Below are positions 13,580-29,070 of a DNA stretch of 64,000 bases, in pieces (position 1 is the first letter of the stretch; every line of letters starts with the position of its first letter). Under the pieces are notes generated by a model. It saw nothing but the letters and a program-made list of their open reading frames with translations, was not told where the DNA came from and made no database searches. Location of the stretch: positions 40,176,001-40,240,000 of the forward strand of contig OX597824.1 in the NCBI GenBank assembly GCA_951406725.2, written 5' to 3'. A program made the position numbers and the translations under genes. Source of the DNA: Octopus vulgaris. Taxonomy: Eukaryota.

Positions 13580-13890
13580 TACTAATTCAAAAGTTTTCCA
13601 GTCTCTTATTCGTGACGTCCTTTATGGAGATGACTGTGACTTAATCACTCATACAGTGGATGACATGCAAATACTTATGAATCGTATTTCTGCTTCCTGC
13701 AAGGCATTAGGACTCAGCATTAGCCTGGACAAGACTGTTGTAATGTTCCAGCCTGCACCAGGAAATCCTTATGTGGAACCAGCTATCTTGGTTTAAGGAA
13801 CAATACTAAAAGTGGTCGACAATTTTTTCTACTTGGGCAGCACATTCAGCCGTTCTTGCTCCCTGGATGATGAGATATCTTTCAGACTGA
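13580..13890 (+). mobile_element. RTE-clade reverse transcriptase fragment (degenerate)
   Basis: Reads LIRDVLYGDDCDLITHTVDDMQILMNRISASCKALGLSISLDKTVVMFQPAPG...VVDNFFYLGSTFSRSCSLDDEISFR with one stop; YxDD motif plus the RTE thumb motif FxYLGS. Confidence 0.85.
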
Positions 13891-14289
13891 TATCATACAT
13901 ACATATGGTGGCTGCCCCCTCGTTATCGAGTATGACCATTGCACGAAGCCTAATCAATGTTGTTATCGTGCAATGCCTGTGCAAGAAGATTTTTTTAAAG
14001 TGAGGAAAGGCTGTGGACTGAGACAATCCCACTCACTAAGCAACAGCAGTCATAATCAAAGGGCGGAGGAACTCTTGGGAGCCAACGGCCATCCAATAAA
14101 TGTCTTAAAGCTGTATCATGCGCGGGACATAGAAATAATCGGACTGAATACCCGATCGCGCGATTAAACCATTGGAAGTGAAAGACTCCTAGCCTTTGTT
14201 AGGGCATCCTTCTAGGAGATGGTAACTCAGGTAACTGGGATAACTCCGACATAAAACATACGTACATTCATACATACATACATACGTAA

Positions 14290-14730
14290 GCCAAAGAAAT
14301 AAGAACCCACAGAATGGTGGAAGCCATAGCCATTCATAATAAGAAGTACTGGTGGAATGTCCCAGTGAAAACCTCAGTAAAATGTAAACATAGACCTGAC
14401 AAAATGATTTAGGACAGACAAGAGAAACTGTACAGTTGTTGAAATCAGCTGCCCAGCGGATGTTAATATCAAGATAAAGATCAGCGAAAAAGAAATTACC
14501 TACGCCGAACTATTGAGAAGTCTACGTTTACTCTATCCAGATTTAAAGTTCAGATCTATACCTGTAATTATTGGGACACTGGGATATGTAACACACTGCT
14601 TAAATACCAGTCTTGAGAAATTAGGCTTCTTAAAACCAGAAAGGAGAAAGTTGATTCGAAAATAATAAATCCAAGCCATCACCGGAACGGTAAAAACCTG
14701 TAAAACTTTCCAGATTTATTTCATTTAAGT
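14290..14730 (+). mobile_element. RLE (restriction-like endonuclease) domain of an R4/NeSL-type non-LTR element, degenerate
   Basis: Reads YWWNVPVKTSVKCKHRPDKMI*D...VVEISCPADVNIKIKISEKEITYAEL...IPVIIGTLG, with frameshifts; RPD...E.SCP.D...EK..Y pattern. Confidence 0.8.
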
Positions 14731-16209
14731 ATATATGAGCGTGTCTAGACATGCAATACATACATGCTTGAGAATACATACATGAAACAAAACACAATCT
14801 GCACTCATATATACATACAAAAATGCCCTGTTAATGTTGTTAAAATTCCACTGGAGTTCGGATTCAGGTTAGAAACTGGCTCTTTCTCAATTGGCAAAAG
14901 ATCTTGAAATAAAACTGAATAATGACATACATACATACATACATACATACATACATACATACATACATACATACATACATACATACATACATACATACAT
15001 ACATCGATTCAGCCAGCCTCTAAATGAGTACCTGGTTTCTTCCACAGCATCTACTAACCACCAAAAGTGGTAAATAACATAATAGGATTCAAAAAGGAGC
15101 TTATCGGAAAGTACTCCTTGACTAATGACTAAGGTTATACATCCAAGGAAGTTATACAGATTAAAGGTTTTCTGCTTCTCGGTAGAAGGTCATGCATGGA
15201 TATGTTGCGATAAAGCTTTAGCTTGACAGTAACATAAGTGACCAGAATAGTTTCACCTTGGACCAACATCCAGTATACTAACTGACAATTTGAATCGTTT
15301 GCATTGCCAATCCTAGAACAGAAAATAATCTGATGTCTATACCGGATAAAGATAGAAGTAAAACACTTCGATATGAAGACTTAGGTAAGTTCTGTGGAAT
15401 TAACAACGAAGATATGACTCGCATCGTAATCAGCCGTCCGAAAATGACATATCGTACAATGAAGTATGAGGTCAAGGCCAAAACAGAACACACGGCAATC
15501 CATAGACAGAACAGTACTGAAAATCAAAATATAAGAATTGAGAGTAATGTAAAACCAGGTTTTATTTTCGTTTCTTTTTTTTTACTTGGAGGAGGTGACT
15601 ATGAAAATTGAAAATTAAAATTAAGATGTTATTAACCTCTATAAACATGTCCAGTACCATGGTGCAGAAAGAATTATATGGATGCAAGTACTATGGTCAT
15701 TATGTCCTTCAGTATTTTGGTACTGTTCTTTTTGCACCGGAATTGATGGTATTCTTACCTATAATATTGACTTCAAATTTTGGCACAAGGACAGCAATTT
15801 CGGGAGAGGGGATAAGTCAATATTTATATATACACTTCAGAAGATATGAATGTCAGAGCTTTGTGACTTGCATTCTCCTTCCGAATCCAATCGCTTAGTG
15901 GTACAAAGCAGGTTCATAAAGCATTCCAAGGACTCTCTATTTAAATTTCGTAGAATGAACATACGAACATACATACAATCATGTACGTGAATTCGGCACA
16001 CACGCAAACACACACACACACCAACACCACCACCACCACCACCACCACACAACACCATACTACACACATATATGGGGGCACACATATACTCCTATGCAAA
16101 ACAAAATACATGCACGCATGTTTATGAATATATATACATACATATATATACATATTTAGCCTTCGGACTAAAACATTTTTAAGGATTTAAGGATATATGT
16201 ATGTGTATA

Positions 16210-16329
<120 letters not shown>

Positions 16330-16530
16330 GCCCCATCTTTAGTTCGTTATGCTATGTGGGCAGTGTCTGATGATTGTGCTGGGACACCTGACGTGTTATA
16401 AAACAATGTTCTCAGTACATGAAACTAGTAGCGCATAAAAACATATATTGTGTTTATTAATTAATATTTGTCTCTCACAAGATGGAGTACTTTTTATGTT
16501 GATCTTACCATTACGAAACAATACACCATA

Positions 16531-16601
<71 letters not shown>

Positions 16602-16861
16602 ATTGTTGTAGGTGTTATGTATCGTACTCCTTTGCAACGCGTTGATGACACTGCAACTAAAAGTCTTTCGGTTGAAGCGCCGTTTCTCTCATCAGATGAA
16701 GCCATAGTGTTATTTCGTTCTGATTTTTTTATAGTGTTTTCTTGGCACAAATAATGGAGTGGTTTGCCCTTGCCTTCCCCAACTGTATGGCAATTGGCCC
16801 ACAAGGAGTCATCTTTTCTTCAAGAAGTCTTGTTTTTAGTCCTACTGAGTGTCCAGATACC

Positions 16862-17091
16862 TATTTCTTTACTACCCACAAGGAGCTAAACACAGAGAGG
16901 ACAAAACAAGGACAGACAAACGGATTAAGTCGATTAGATCGACCCCAGTGCGTAACTGGTACTTATTTAATCGACCCCGAAAGGATGAAAGGCAAAGTCG
17001 TCCTCGGCGGAATTTGAACTCAGAATGTAGCGGCAGACGAAATACTGCTAAGCATTTCGCCCGGCGTGCTAACGTTTCTGCCAGTTTGCCG
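16862..17091 (-). mobile_element. SINE family A, full length
   Basis: Complete head and body; short TSD CCAGATACC on both sides. Confidence 0.9.
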
Positions 17092-17931
17092 CCAGATACC
17101 ATCCTATATGGTACCATCGCAATTCCCATCAGCCCAGATATACACACGTACGTACGTAAAAATGGATCTCCGTCAGTTTCGACGATGGACTATATAATTT
17201 TTCGATCAACTAGCGAACCCAGAAATAAGATTGCCGCTATGGTTGTTTGTTCTCCTACTCGGGAAGAACTTTTGATAAGTTCGGAATGTATCATATATGG
17301 CAATTAACATGTATTCCTTGATTTGTGTGCGTGTGTGTATGTGTTTCTGTCTGTCTGCGTGTGTGTGTGGGTGTGTGAGTGTGTCTGTGTATTTGATTAT
17401 GTGTGATTGTGTGCGTGTGTCTCCGTGTCGCTGAATGTAGGCGTATGTGTGTGTTTGCGTGCACGGGTGTGCATGTTTGTGGATACATACATACGTGTGA
17501 GTCTGTGTGTGCGGATACTTATATATACGGGTGCGCGTGTATAAATACGCTTGTTTTAGTACATAATATACACACTTTCACTTGACACGTATACACACAC
17601 ATTGTGCATACACACACACACATATATATGTTCCACCTAGCTCCTAACCCGTCACCCGTTTCTTTCTTCTCTTTTCAACCATATTTTTTCTCTTTTCACA
17701 CTCATTTACTTTTCTTCTTTTTCACTGTTCTTCTGAAGAAGGAGAAACGTTTGAAACGTTAAGCTCTTCCTTTCCTTTCCTTTCTGAGCGTTAGACTAAT
17801 ACAATATTTGTTCAAATTTGTCCCGCCACTGCTGTCTTTTTACTTTTTCTTTTTCTTTTTTTTTTCATCGCGTTCGCAATACATACTTGCATGCATACAT
17901 ACATACATACATACATACATACATACATACA

Positions 17932-17963
<32 letters not shown>

Positions 17964-18640
17964 AATATGTATGTATATGCATCAATACAAACGACTTTGC
18001 TAAATTAAATGTTAGATTATTAGATAATTCGATTACTTAATCAAATCTATGTAGGCTTGTCCACTTAACTACATGAACGAAAACAAATAATTTCAGTTCA
18101 TTGCATAATAGAACTGCGATTTTTTCCCTGGACAAATAGTAAATATTTTATTTGATATGAATAGGATATTCTGGAATCTTCCATTTCATAAGTTACAGTG
18201 ACAGTAAATCGTTATTTCATGCTTTACAAACCACCAATGCTAAATAAGTTAATCAATTAAGATCATTGGAATGAATCATAATTATCGAAGTCCAGCATCC
18301 TTTCTTTTATCATATTTGTAGTCGTCCAAAATGCATATCATCAAAAAATATAATCTTCCCAGTCTTTTCTCTTTTATGTTTTACTTGTTTCAATCACTGG
18401 ACTGCGCCCATGCTTAGGCACCGCGTTGAAGGGTTTTAGTCGAACAAATCGCCCCCTATACTTACGTTTATTTTATTTTTTTTAAGGCTGATGCTCATTC
18501 TCACGGCTTCTCTTGCCGAACTGCTAAGGTGGGGACACAAACAAACAAACAGCGGTTATCAAACAATGTTGGGGCAGAGAGATTAACTTAGGCACAAAGA
18601 TACACGGGACACAGATAGACACACACACACACTTATATAT

Positions 18641-20086
18641 ATGTTTCTCATCCACGTGATCCCAATCGTCATCCTGAAATCGTCACTCCACCGCCGTGGA
18701 GGTCTTCCGGGTGGTCTTTTCCGCTCACGCGGGTACCACTCGATAACTGCGTGCGTCCACCGATTATCGGTGAGCCGGGTGACGTGTCCAGCCCATCTAT
18801 ACTTGCTGCGTGTATACTCTGCGATGACTTCTCTCACGCCGGGCTTCTTTCTGATGATCTTGCTACTTATGTGCTCACTCAACGAGATACCAAGCATTGA
18901 GCCGTTACCAGTCTTTGCTCTTCTCTCTTTGTGGTAGCCCATGTTTCACTACCATATAACATTGCAGGCAGAACTGCACTGTTAATGAGGTTGGCGCGGG
19001 TGGTCCTGTCCAACCTTCCCTTGAGCACATCCCTTATGCCATTGACCGCCTTCCATCCGGCCCTTACTCTCCGTGAGATCTCCTTTTTCATATTCCGGCA
19101 CATATTTACTTCCTGTCCCAAGTAGACATATTCCCTCACCTCCTCTATTTCATCACTGCCGATCACGATTTGACCTGTTGGTACATTTTCTGACCGCATG
19201 AACTTTGTTTTCATGCGGTTCATCATGGGACCTACTGCAGAACTTTTGATGTCGAGCTCCGTCAGCATAGTCTGAAGCTGATCCATGTTTTCAGCGATGA
19301 GTACGATGTCGTCTGCGAAACGGAGGTGAGTGAGGAACTCGCCATTGATGTTGACACCACCTTGCCAGTCGATGCCTCTGATGATCTGTTCGAGACATGC
19401 AGTGAAAAGTTTTGGGGAGATTGTATCTCCTTGCTTCACTCCCTTCTCGACCGGCACTCGTATGGGTGATGACAGTAGAGCTATGTCGGTGGTGCATCCG
19501 GAATTTGCCTCTCTGAGCAGCTGCACATATTGCGCTTCGATTCCTTGCCTCTGCAGCGAGTTCAGCACTGCGTTGGTTTCGACGCTATCGAAGGCCTTCT
19601 CATAATCTATAAACGCAACGCAATGAGGCAGTTTGTACTCATTTGCTCGCTCAAGCAGTTGCGTTAGAGTAAATATATGGTCCATTGTGCTGTAGTTCTT
19701 CTGGAAGCCTGCTTGTTCCCTCGGTTGTTGTTCGTCGAGACGACGTGACAGCCTGTTCAGAATTATCTTCGTGAACAGCTTGTACACGTGAGACAGCAGG
19801 CATATGGGTCGGTAGTTCTTTAGATCTTCTCTGTCGCCCTTCTTATACAGCAGGATGGTATTTGACTCTTTTCACTGCGAGGGAATTCTTCCTTCGTCTA
19901 GATAGTGCGTAAATCGCTGCTCTCTGCCTGACTTTAGCACCTCCGATGTTATACCGTCTTTCCGTGGAGCCTTTCCGTTTTTCATCGATCCGATGGCTCT
20001 TTCAACCTCACTGACAAGGATAGGTGGCACGTTTTCTTCCTGTTGGAGTGGTGGTAACGGCTGGACATTTCTGGTAGACTTAAAGA
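18641..20086 (-). mobile_element. RTE-clade LINE, reverse transcriptase part (frameshifted, 3' end missing)
   Basis: ORF 18879-19787 has EQAGF, AFIDYEKAFDSV, GVKQGDTISPKLF, LRFADDIVL and EYVYLGQ; the next frame has RWAGHVTR...RPPGRPPRRWSDD, the RTE C-terminus. Confidence 0.95.
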
Positions 20087-20999
<913 letters not shown>

Positions 21000-22634
21000 C
21001 ATACACACATACACAATGAGCTTTCACTGTTTCTGCCTACCAAATTAATTCACTCACAAGACATTCATCGACCTGAAGCTATAGTAAAAGCTCAAGGTGT
21101 CGCGCAGTGGGACTGAACCTGACACTACGTGGTTGCAAATCGAGTTTCTTAACCACACAACTATGTCTGCATCTATGTATGTAAAATTTATTCCTAAAAA
21201 AATAGTTTTAAACTAAGTATTGAAATGGACGCTATTAAGTTGTTTTCATGACCTAGCAGAAACCATTGGCAGAAACCATTGGCGCGTCGGGCAAAATGCT
21301 AAGCGTTAGTTCTTCCGGCTCCTTACGACCTGTGTTCAAATCCTGCCGAATTCAACTTTGCCTTTCATCTCTTTGCCTTTCATCTCTTTGCCTTTTATCG
21401 AGCTCGATAGAATAAAATATCAGGTAATCACTGTGAATCGATATAATTCAACCAACGCTCTCCCTTCTCCTCAAAACCTGCTGGCTTTGTGCCAAAAATT
21501 GAAGCTGCTATCAATTAGATTAATCGCTGATTGACTGATTTATTTTCTTAATGGCATGGCCCTAGTTATTATAAGTATCTTAGAATATGTGAATGTCAGT
21601 TGTCGGAACACATGAATTTAAATAATCTTGGATAATACAAATTGATAAATATTAGAAAAAGTCGATAAACTTCATACGAGAGCAGTCAAATGATAGTTAT
21701 AGCGATACATATCAATGTAAAATAAATGAGTAGAAGTTATGTATGCACAAAAGTTGTAAATTAAACGAACGTTTTATTCTTGTTTTATGATGTAATTTAT
21801 ACGAATGGAAGAGTTTTAAAATAAAATTGATAGGAACAACGAACAGAAGGAAGGAGAATGAGGATAGAGAGAAGGAAAGTGAGTGAGAGAAAGGGAGCGA
21901 GAGAGAGGACGAAGAGGACAGAGAAAGCAAGGAAAAGACGAGAGAAAAAATAAAAGAAAGAACAATTGGGGTCAATTGTCCATCTTTGTAGTAAGGGATA
22001 ACGGTTTGGGTGTACTTAAGCTTATAGTTTAAAGAGGCCAATAAAGAAGAAAAGTAATTGATGAGACTGAGGGTAGCAGATGTCACAGATGTGTGACGGG
22101 ATGGCTGCATAAAGGATGTGAAAAACTGATGGAGATATTTGTACGTGAATTCGGTTGAAACTTTACATACAGAGACAATGGGTCACAAGAGGTACTATTC
22201 AAATGGTTCTGAGGATGGAGGAAGACGATGGTCATAGGGTAGCTTAAGTTAGAAGCAGAGAACTGTTGTAGCAAGAGGAAAGCTATTCTATCACTGAATC
22301 TGCAGAGAAGGTCTCTATGTGACTTTGAATAGAGAGGGTAGACCAATAGTTTGTTGTTATTGGCTGGATACAAACTGGGACTTGATCAACCCCGGCTGGA
22401 TCAAATGGTCGAAGAAGTCTGATGTTGAAAGATCCGAAATTATCTGAGACCCCAGAAACATCACTGACGATACATCCACAATATGTATCTTACACCAATA
22501 CACACACACACGTATATAAAGTTTCTTCGTATTTCAGTCTTTATTAGTTCAAACAAATCACATGCGAAAAGCGTTTCTTCATCAAAATATATCCCGTCAT
22601 ATTCTATTGTTTTTTACCATTGTATCGCCATCAG

Positions 22635-22764
22635 CCCCTGCCCGAGACTCGTGGAGCTTTAGGTGTTTTCGCTCAATAAACATTCACAACGCCCGGTCTG
22701 AGAATCGAAACCGCGATCCTACGACCGCGAGTCCGCTGCCCTAACCACTGGGCCATTGCGCCTC
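22635..22764 (-). mobile_element. SINE family B head
   Basis: Reverse complement of GAGGCGCAATGGCCCAGTGGTTAGGGCAGCGGACTCGCGG... Confidence 0.85.
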
Positions 22765-22781
22765 TACATATATATGTGTGT

Positions 22782-22812
<31 letters not shown>

Positions 22813-23478
22813 CGTGTGTGTGCGTGTGTGTGTGCGTGTGTGTGTGTGTATGTGTATGTGTGTGTGTGTGTGTTAATGTAATTGAAACAATTGTTGGATT
22901 TTTAAGGTGTGATCTACAATAAAAATATGATTTTTCTTCGTACATATTATTGATTGTTGTTAATACTCTGGATTTCTTAAAATTCAGTAGAAGGATTGTT
23001 GGATTTACCAACCATACATGAGGACTTTTTACCTGCCATTTGTATTCTACATCCATTTACTGGTATCTTTTATCGTATACCTTTATACTGAGTGCTTACT
23101 TGATATCTACCAGGATTTTTTTATCTATTTTATTCTTATATATATATAATATATATATATATGGCGGTGCCCCAGCATGGCCACAGCTCGTGAGCTGAAA
23201 CTAGATAAAATAAAATAAATAAAATAAATAAAAATAAAAAATAAATAATAGCGAGAAGTTGAGGTCATAAGAGATAATGGTATCATTGAAGCCCAAAGGT
23301 GTCAGGTAATGCTGAATAAGTGCTATAGACAGACCTTAGTTAAGTTACAGATTCGGTAATATTGCGAATAAAGGGATCAAAGTTGCTTCTATGTCAGCGT
23401 GTGTATATAAGAATATTTTGCGTAATAAGATAAAAAAAAACAAGGCTGTATAGATATTAGAGCATTTATAGATAGAGG

Positions 23479-23530
23479 GTCTTACAGCTGTTTCTAGAAT
23501 ATTTATTAATAATATACCTTCATCGGAGAC
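23479..23530 (-). ncRNA. Type-I hammerhead-ribozyme-like motif (Penelope type)
   Basis: GUCU-CCGAUGA-[imperfect AU-rich stem II]-GAAA-CAGCUG-UA-AGAC: stem I GUCU/AGAC, palindromic stem III ACAGCUGU, GUA triplet; core has C in place of U4. Confidence 0.65.
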
Positions 23531-23930
23531 GGTGTGAGAGGATAGTTATATATATCCGTGTGTGTGTGTGTGTGTGTGATCGTGCGTGCGTGCGTGCGTG
23601 CATGTATGTTTATAACTTACATCGTGTAGGTGTAGTATATCCGAAATTCGCTTCACAACCTCTAGGTTCCTAGTTTCGATACCACCGCGAGGCAGGTTGT
23701 TTTCATTTTCTCTAACCTCGAGTTAATCACTATCTTGTAAGTGAAATTGGCCGGATGGAAACGATATAGCAACCTATCGGGTAAACTGTATCTGTAATTG
23801 AAATGGTATTAGGTGTTTTACATACTGTGTCACATTGATTCTGATTCTACTTAAGAATTACGTTAAAGATAAACGGGTCTGTAAAATGTTCGACCACTTA
23901 CACATTAATTCAGAAGTAAGTTTTTCAATT

Positions 23931-24750
23931 GAAGGCGGCGAGCTGGCAGAAACGTTAGCACGCCGGGCGAAATGCGTGGCCGTATTTCGTCTGCCGCTAC
24001 GTTCTGAGTTCAAATTCCGCCGAGGTCGACTTTGCCTTTCATCCTTTTGGGGTCGATTAAATAAGTACCAGTTACGCACTGGGGTCGATATAATCGACTT
24101 AATCCGTGTGTCTGTCCTTGTTTGTCCTCTTTATGTTTAGCTCCTTGTGGGTAGTAAAGAAATAGGCATTTCGTCCGCCCTTACGTTCTGAGGTGGACTT
24201 TGCCTTTCCTCCTTTCGGGGTTGGTCGATAAATTAAGTACCAATGAAACACTGGGGTCGATGTAATTGACTAGTCCCCTCACCCCAATTTCAGGCTTTGT
24301 GCCTATAGTAGTAAGGATTATTTCTGGCGTTTGTTTTTTTAATTATTTTTATTTTATGTAAGGCGGCGGATTAGCAGAATAGTTAGTGCGCCAGATAAAA
24401 TGCTTAGTATTTCGTTAATTTGCCAAGATAGACTTTGGCTTTCATCTTTTCCAAGTCAATAAAATAAACACCAGTCATTTACTGGAGTCGGTGTAAACGA
24501 CTAGTCACTTCCCCGGAATTTCTGGCATTGTGCAAAAATTCGAAATCCTTATTTATAACTCTTTTATGTAAGGCGGCAAGCTGGCAAGATCGTTAGCATG
24601 GTGGACAAAAATGCTTAGCGACATTTCGTCGGCGTTTACGTTTAAGTTCATATTCCACCGAGGAATTTTTTCAGAGTCAATAAAATAAGTACCAGTTGAA
24701 CTCTGAGGTCGATATAATCTCCCAAAATTTCAGGCATTGTAAAGGATTAT
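23931..24750 (+). mobile_element. Cluster of three to four tandem SINE family A copies/variants
   Basis: AGGCGGCG(A)GCTGGCAGAA-type heads at ~23933, 24361 and 24570; the first copy has a duplicated 3' module. Confidence 0.85.
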
Positions 24751-24793
24751 TTATAGCTTTGTCTGTGAGTCGAGATATTCCAAAAAAGAATTA

Positions 24794-25220
24794 GGATCTT
24801 TTCGGTTTGAACGGCAGTTTTTAACATAATTTCTAGGTAACTAAAAAATGTTTAACTTCGTATACTGGTAGAATGTGTTTATAAAACATCTTTTTCTCTT
24901 GGCTTTATTGAGAAAATTCTACAGTTTGTAAGATACTTGTTTTTTTCTTCAATTTCTGCAATTTCAACCAATCACTGACGTCTATTGAGTTAAAAAACAT
25001 TCTGTGCCGTATGAATATGTCCCTCGTTTAAGAAACAGATTGGCTTTATTTACATTTGTGAAGAAGAAAAGATACCCTTCCCCCACCCCTAACCCTAACC
25101 CTAACTAACCCTAACCCTAAAACAGATACAAATGCAATAGATCGATACTAGGGTCATAATTATGGGTGACAATTTCATATGACACCGCTAGAAAAACAGC
25201 CGTTCAAACCGAAAAGATCC
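24794..25220. mobile_element. MITE with 8-bp TSD and internal (CCCTAA)n, Merlin/hAT-like
   Basis: TIR GGATCTTTTCGGTTTGAACGGC.GTTTTT; TSD AAGAATTA at 24786-24793 and 25221-25228; telomeric-type repeats at ~25087-25120. Confidence 0.9.
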
Positions 25221-25730
25221 AAGAATTATTTCGTCTTATATCTACCGATAAAATTCTAGAACGTATTCTGAAATTTTATACTATAAACTACCAAAATATT
25301 ATGCTGTAGAGTTTTGTATTAATTTTAATATTACGTGAACGACTGTATGTGACTTGAAACTCTGCTTGAGGTGGAATTAAATATTCATATTAGCCGTTTG
25401 ACTCTCGTTTGTATTACTAATTAGCACTTCTGTTCATTCAGATGCAAATACAGTAATTCATATGTGCGTGTGTGTGTGTGTGTGATGGTAATGGTGGTGA
25501 ATCTCTGTCGTTCAAAGATGAGAGTTGACTCGTAATTTGCTGAGTATTCCATAGACATGTGTAACCGTAACGTAATTTTCGGGCAGAATCAGCGTGATAC
25601 TGTGTATGACAAGGTTGTACCTAGTGAATTACATGAACAATCTACTTTGTCAGGCTTGTATACAGTATCTGCCTGCCCAATCTCTCTCACTGGGTATGGG
25701 TCAACCCGAGAATGTAGTATATGGCATTTC

Positions 25731-25880
25731 TTCCGCCGAGGTCGACTTTGCCTTTCATCCTTTCGGGGTCAATTAAATAAGTACCAGTTACGCACTGGGG
25801 TCGATATAATCGACTTATTCTGTTTGTCTGTTCTTGTTTGTCCTCTCTGTGTTTGGCCCCTTGTGGGTAGTAAAGAAATA
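25731..25880 (+). mobile_element. 5'-truncated SINE family A
   Basis: 3' body only; flanked by a near-identical TSD GTAGTATATG(G/A)CATTT. Confidence 0.85.
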
Positions 25881-26028
25881 GGTAGTATATGACATTTGTT
25901 CAAAATGCTAGGCAATAAGATCGAACCCTTGCCTCGTAGTTACTAAGCGAACTTCTTAACCATTCGACCATATTGTACTTGACATATGTGTGTGAATGCA
26001 TGTATCTTTGAATGTATTAAGCAAGTAA

Positions 26029-26061
<33 letters not shown>

Positions 26062-27350
26062 TGTGTGTGTGTCTGTCTGTCTGTCTGTCTGTCCTTCTGT
26101 CTGTCTGTGTGTGTGTGTGTGTGTGTGCGTGTGTGTGATTGAGAGTGTGTATGTGTAGCGCTTGAACATGTTTCTGGAAGATCTGAAAGAAAAGTGGTAT
26201 TAGTGATTGCCTCTGTGTGTGTACGTGTGTATGCATGATAAGATTTCAGGCCTATATGTGACACATCACACAGCTTGTCTTATTCGGCGCTAACACTAAT
26301 CTTCTTCGGAAAATTAGCTAATTTATTGCAAAGCCACGTACCCAACAAATGCATTAAATTTTACGGAACTTTACGCATATGTTCCAAGCTTAAATTACTA
26401 AACCCCCGTACGCACACACAAATACACATGCACACGAACACATATATACACTCACAAATATATATATACATACACAAACCCATCGACTGTGCCTGTTTAT
26501 ATGAATGTTTGCGCTTTTGCGTCTGCGTGTATAGGCATGTATAATTGCATGGTGAACATAGTAACCAGTTAATATATATTCCGAAATGTTATTGTTAAAT
26601 AAATAATTCAAACGGGCTTTGGAGTCGCTAAGCCGTATAGATGAAGATAATATAGTTTTATATTTCGGCTATGAAACGACAGAATTCCATTATTTCCATA
26701 ATTGCCGTTGTTGTAGCTTAACTCCATGCTAATTATATTGTTGTTATTTAACCTGAGGTTGACCTTTATAGAACTAATATACCATAAAAGCTGTCTGTTG
26801 ATTCCAATATCGCAGCGTTTCCGATATGAAATCACAGACACACATTCACTCATAAACACACACACACACACACACACACAACGCGCGCACACACACACAC
26901 ACACCAAACGCATATATATAATATATGCATATATATGGATATATATACAAATAATGTTTCTATGTCATTATGCCGGTTACAGTCTAATGATTCTGACTGG
27001 TGAACCAGTTTTTTTGGATTTGCACTGAGCTGTAACCGATATAATGCAGGATAAATATTCTAATAATGACAATAATCCTTGGATGGAATATATTTTGATG
27101 CATCGCTATACGCGTTTCGACAGATAACACATCTCTTAAGATCACAGTCCGTATTCCTAAGATGATTACAGCGTAATCCGTAGTATCCGTGGGCATCGAG
27201 TAGTTCATCTTTATAGATTCATTTCTTCATGCGATATGGCATTAACAGATGTTTAGCTGTGCATCATTACACTGGAGCTGGCAAAATAGAATAGAAGTTT
27301 TATTTGCCTATTGAAAATGTTTCCCGTAAACAAATTTAAGAGATAAGGGT

Positions 27351-27442
<92 letters not shown>

Positions 27443-27640
27443 TAATATACATGCAATATGTATATATTTATATAAATGCATATGTATATATATTTATATA
27501 CATGCATATATATATATATATCCGACTTTGTATGATTGTGTACAGGAGAATATAGTAATCAATGAAACTCCAACTAGTCTGATTTTGACGTTTTATTATT
27601 TACAATTTTTACAATTTTACAACATTATATATTTATTGTG

Positions 27641-27683
27641 ATAAAGCTAGTACTTTCATACGTTACGCAATCATCAGGTTTAT
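27641..27683 (-). ncRNA. Type-I hammerhead-ribozyme-like motif, canonical core
   Basis: AUAAAC-CUGAUGA-UUGCGUAACGUAU-GAAA-GUAC-UA-GCUUUAU; palindromic stem III AGUACU; stem I has one bulge. Confidence 0.6.
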
Positions 27684-27748
27684 GTAGTAATAGTTTTGAC
27701 AGCCATGTTCCACAATTGACAGCTGTAGTGAAATTATTAAATTTGTCC

Positions 27749-27779
<31 letters not shown>

Positions 27780-27815
27780 TCACACATATATATATATGTA
27801 TATATATATATTCAC

Positions 27816-27850
<35 letters not shown>

Positions 27851-28090
27851 TCTTTTTTCTTCTTCCTCTCTTGTCTTCAAAACAAAGAATATAATTGAAA
27901 AGAAACCTCTCTCTCTCTCCATCTATCTATCTATCTATTTATCTATCTTTTCCCCCCTCTTTGTTTTTCTTTTGTGATTGTCCTGCTCCTTATCTTTTTC
28001 TCTTTCTCCCTTTTTCCAAAGCTAAAAAAAAACATCCGATTCACATAAAATACTATGAGACGTTCTGTTTTTAACGTTTTGGTTTTAATT

Positions 28091-28137
28091 TTCTTCTTGA
28101 AGAGTTCGATTAACCGAACGAAAGCGCTAATAAAGAA
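28091..28137 (+). ncRNA. Degenerate hammerhead-like motif
   Basis: UUGAAGA-GUUCG(AUUAAC)CGAAC-GAAA-GCGC-UA: perfect stem II and palindromic stem III, but an altered core and poor stem I. Confidence 0.45.
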
Positions 28138-28237
28138 TTATCCAAAATTCTGACTGCCTCCTTTTTCTCAATATACAATACCGGTACACGACTTCAAACA
28201 CTATGTGTGTATGGTGCTTGTGTTTGTGTGTGTGTGT

Positions 28238-28296
<59 letters not shown>

Positions 28297-28329
28297 TAAC
28301 AGGGATACTGAAACGATCCTGGCTTTAAG

Positions 28330-28870
28330 GGTATCGCGAATGGCCTAATTGGTGACCCAATCTTCCTTGTTCTTTTACACGGCTTTAAAAAAATGAAGGA
28401 CTGCAATAAGTTTGTGAACATGAATATGCTGGATAAAATCATAATTAGCTGATCCTCCTAAATTTTCTTTTACCCCAAGCCAGAAACTTTTCAGCACCCC
28501 TCGTATATACGTGTCAAAACTCATGCGCATCCTTGCTTTTGCAATTTATTAAAGCAAAAGTAGGGCTTGAACAATTACATCATATTTCCACATAATCTCC
28601 TAATTTTTCGATGCACTTCCTCCAGCGGTCCACAAGCTTACTTATTCCCTCGGCGCAGAGTTTTCGGCTGCTCGTGAAGCAGCCTTTTGGTGTGAATTGC
28701 TGGTTCCAGTTTGTTGGCCAGCATTTAACTGTAGCTTACACTGGGGACTGTAGACCCCTTTTCAAGGTAATGTTCCTTTTTGCGTCCCACGAAACTGTTA
28801 CCATCCATTGTTCTGCAGAAGTTTGACTCTTCAATAGCTTTTTCACTGGCGATTCCTTATGTTTGCAATC
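28330..28870. mobile_element. Degraded mariner remnants
   Basis: 28330-28505 matches the MITE at 38316-38536 (end AAACTTTTCAGCACCCCTCGTA); 28580-28870 resembles a minus-strand mariner transposase C-terminus. Confidence 0.55.
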
Positions 28871-28971
28871 CCTACTTCTTTTGGATTCTTGTTCTTGTTT
28901 TCGTTCTTGTATATATTCGTTTGCTTTTCCAAGAAGCTTAATGCTCTGGCGCTTGCGTGTGTATATGTGTG

Positions 28972-29015
<44 letters not shown>

Positions 29016-29027
29016 TATATATATAGT

Positions 29028-29070
<43 letters not shown>

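Noticed and set aside
16655-16705. Minus-strand CUGAUGA...GAAA candidate hammerhead
   Set aside because: No convincing stem II or stem I pairing; the CTGATGA/CTGAAGA hits near 7151, 16368, 34845 and 39202 fail for the same reason.
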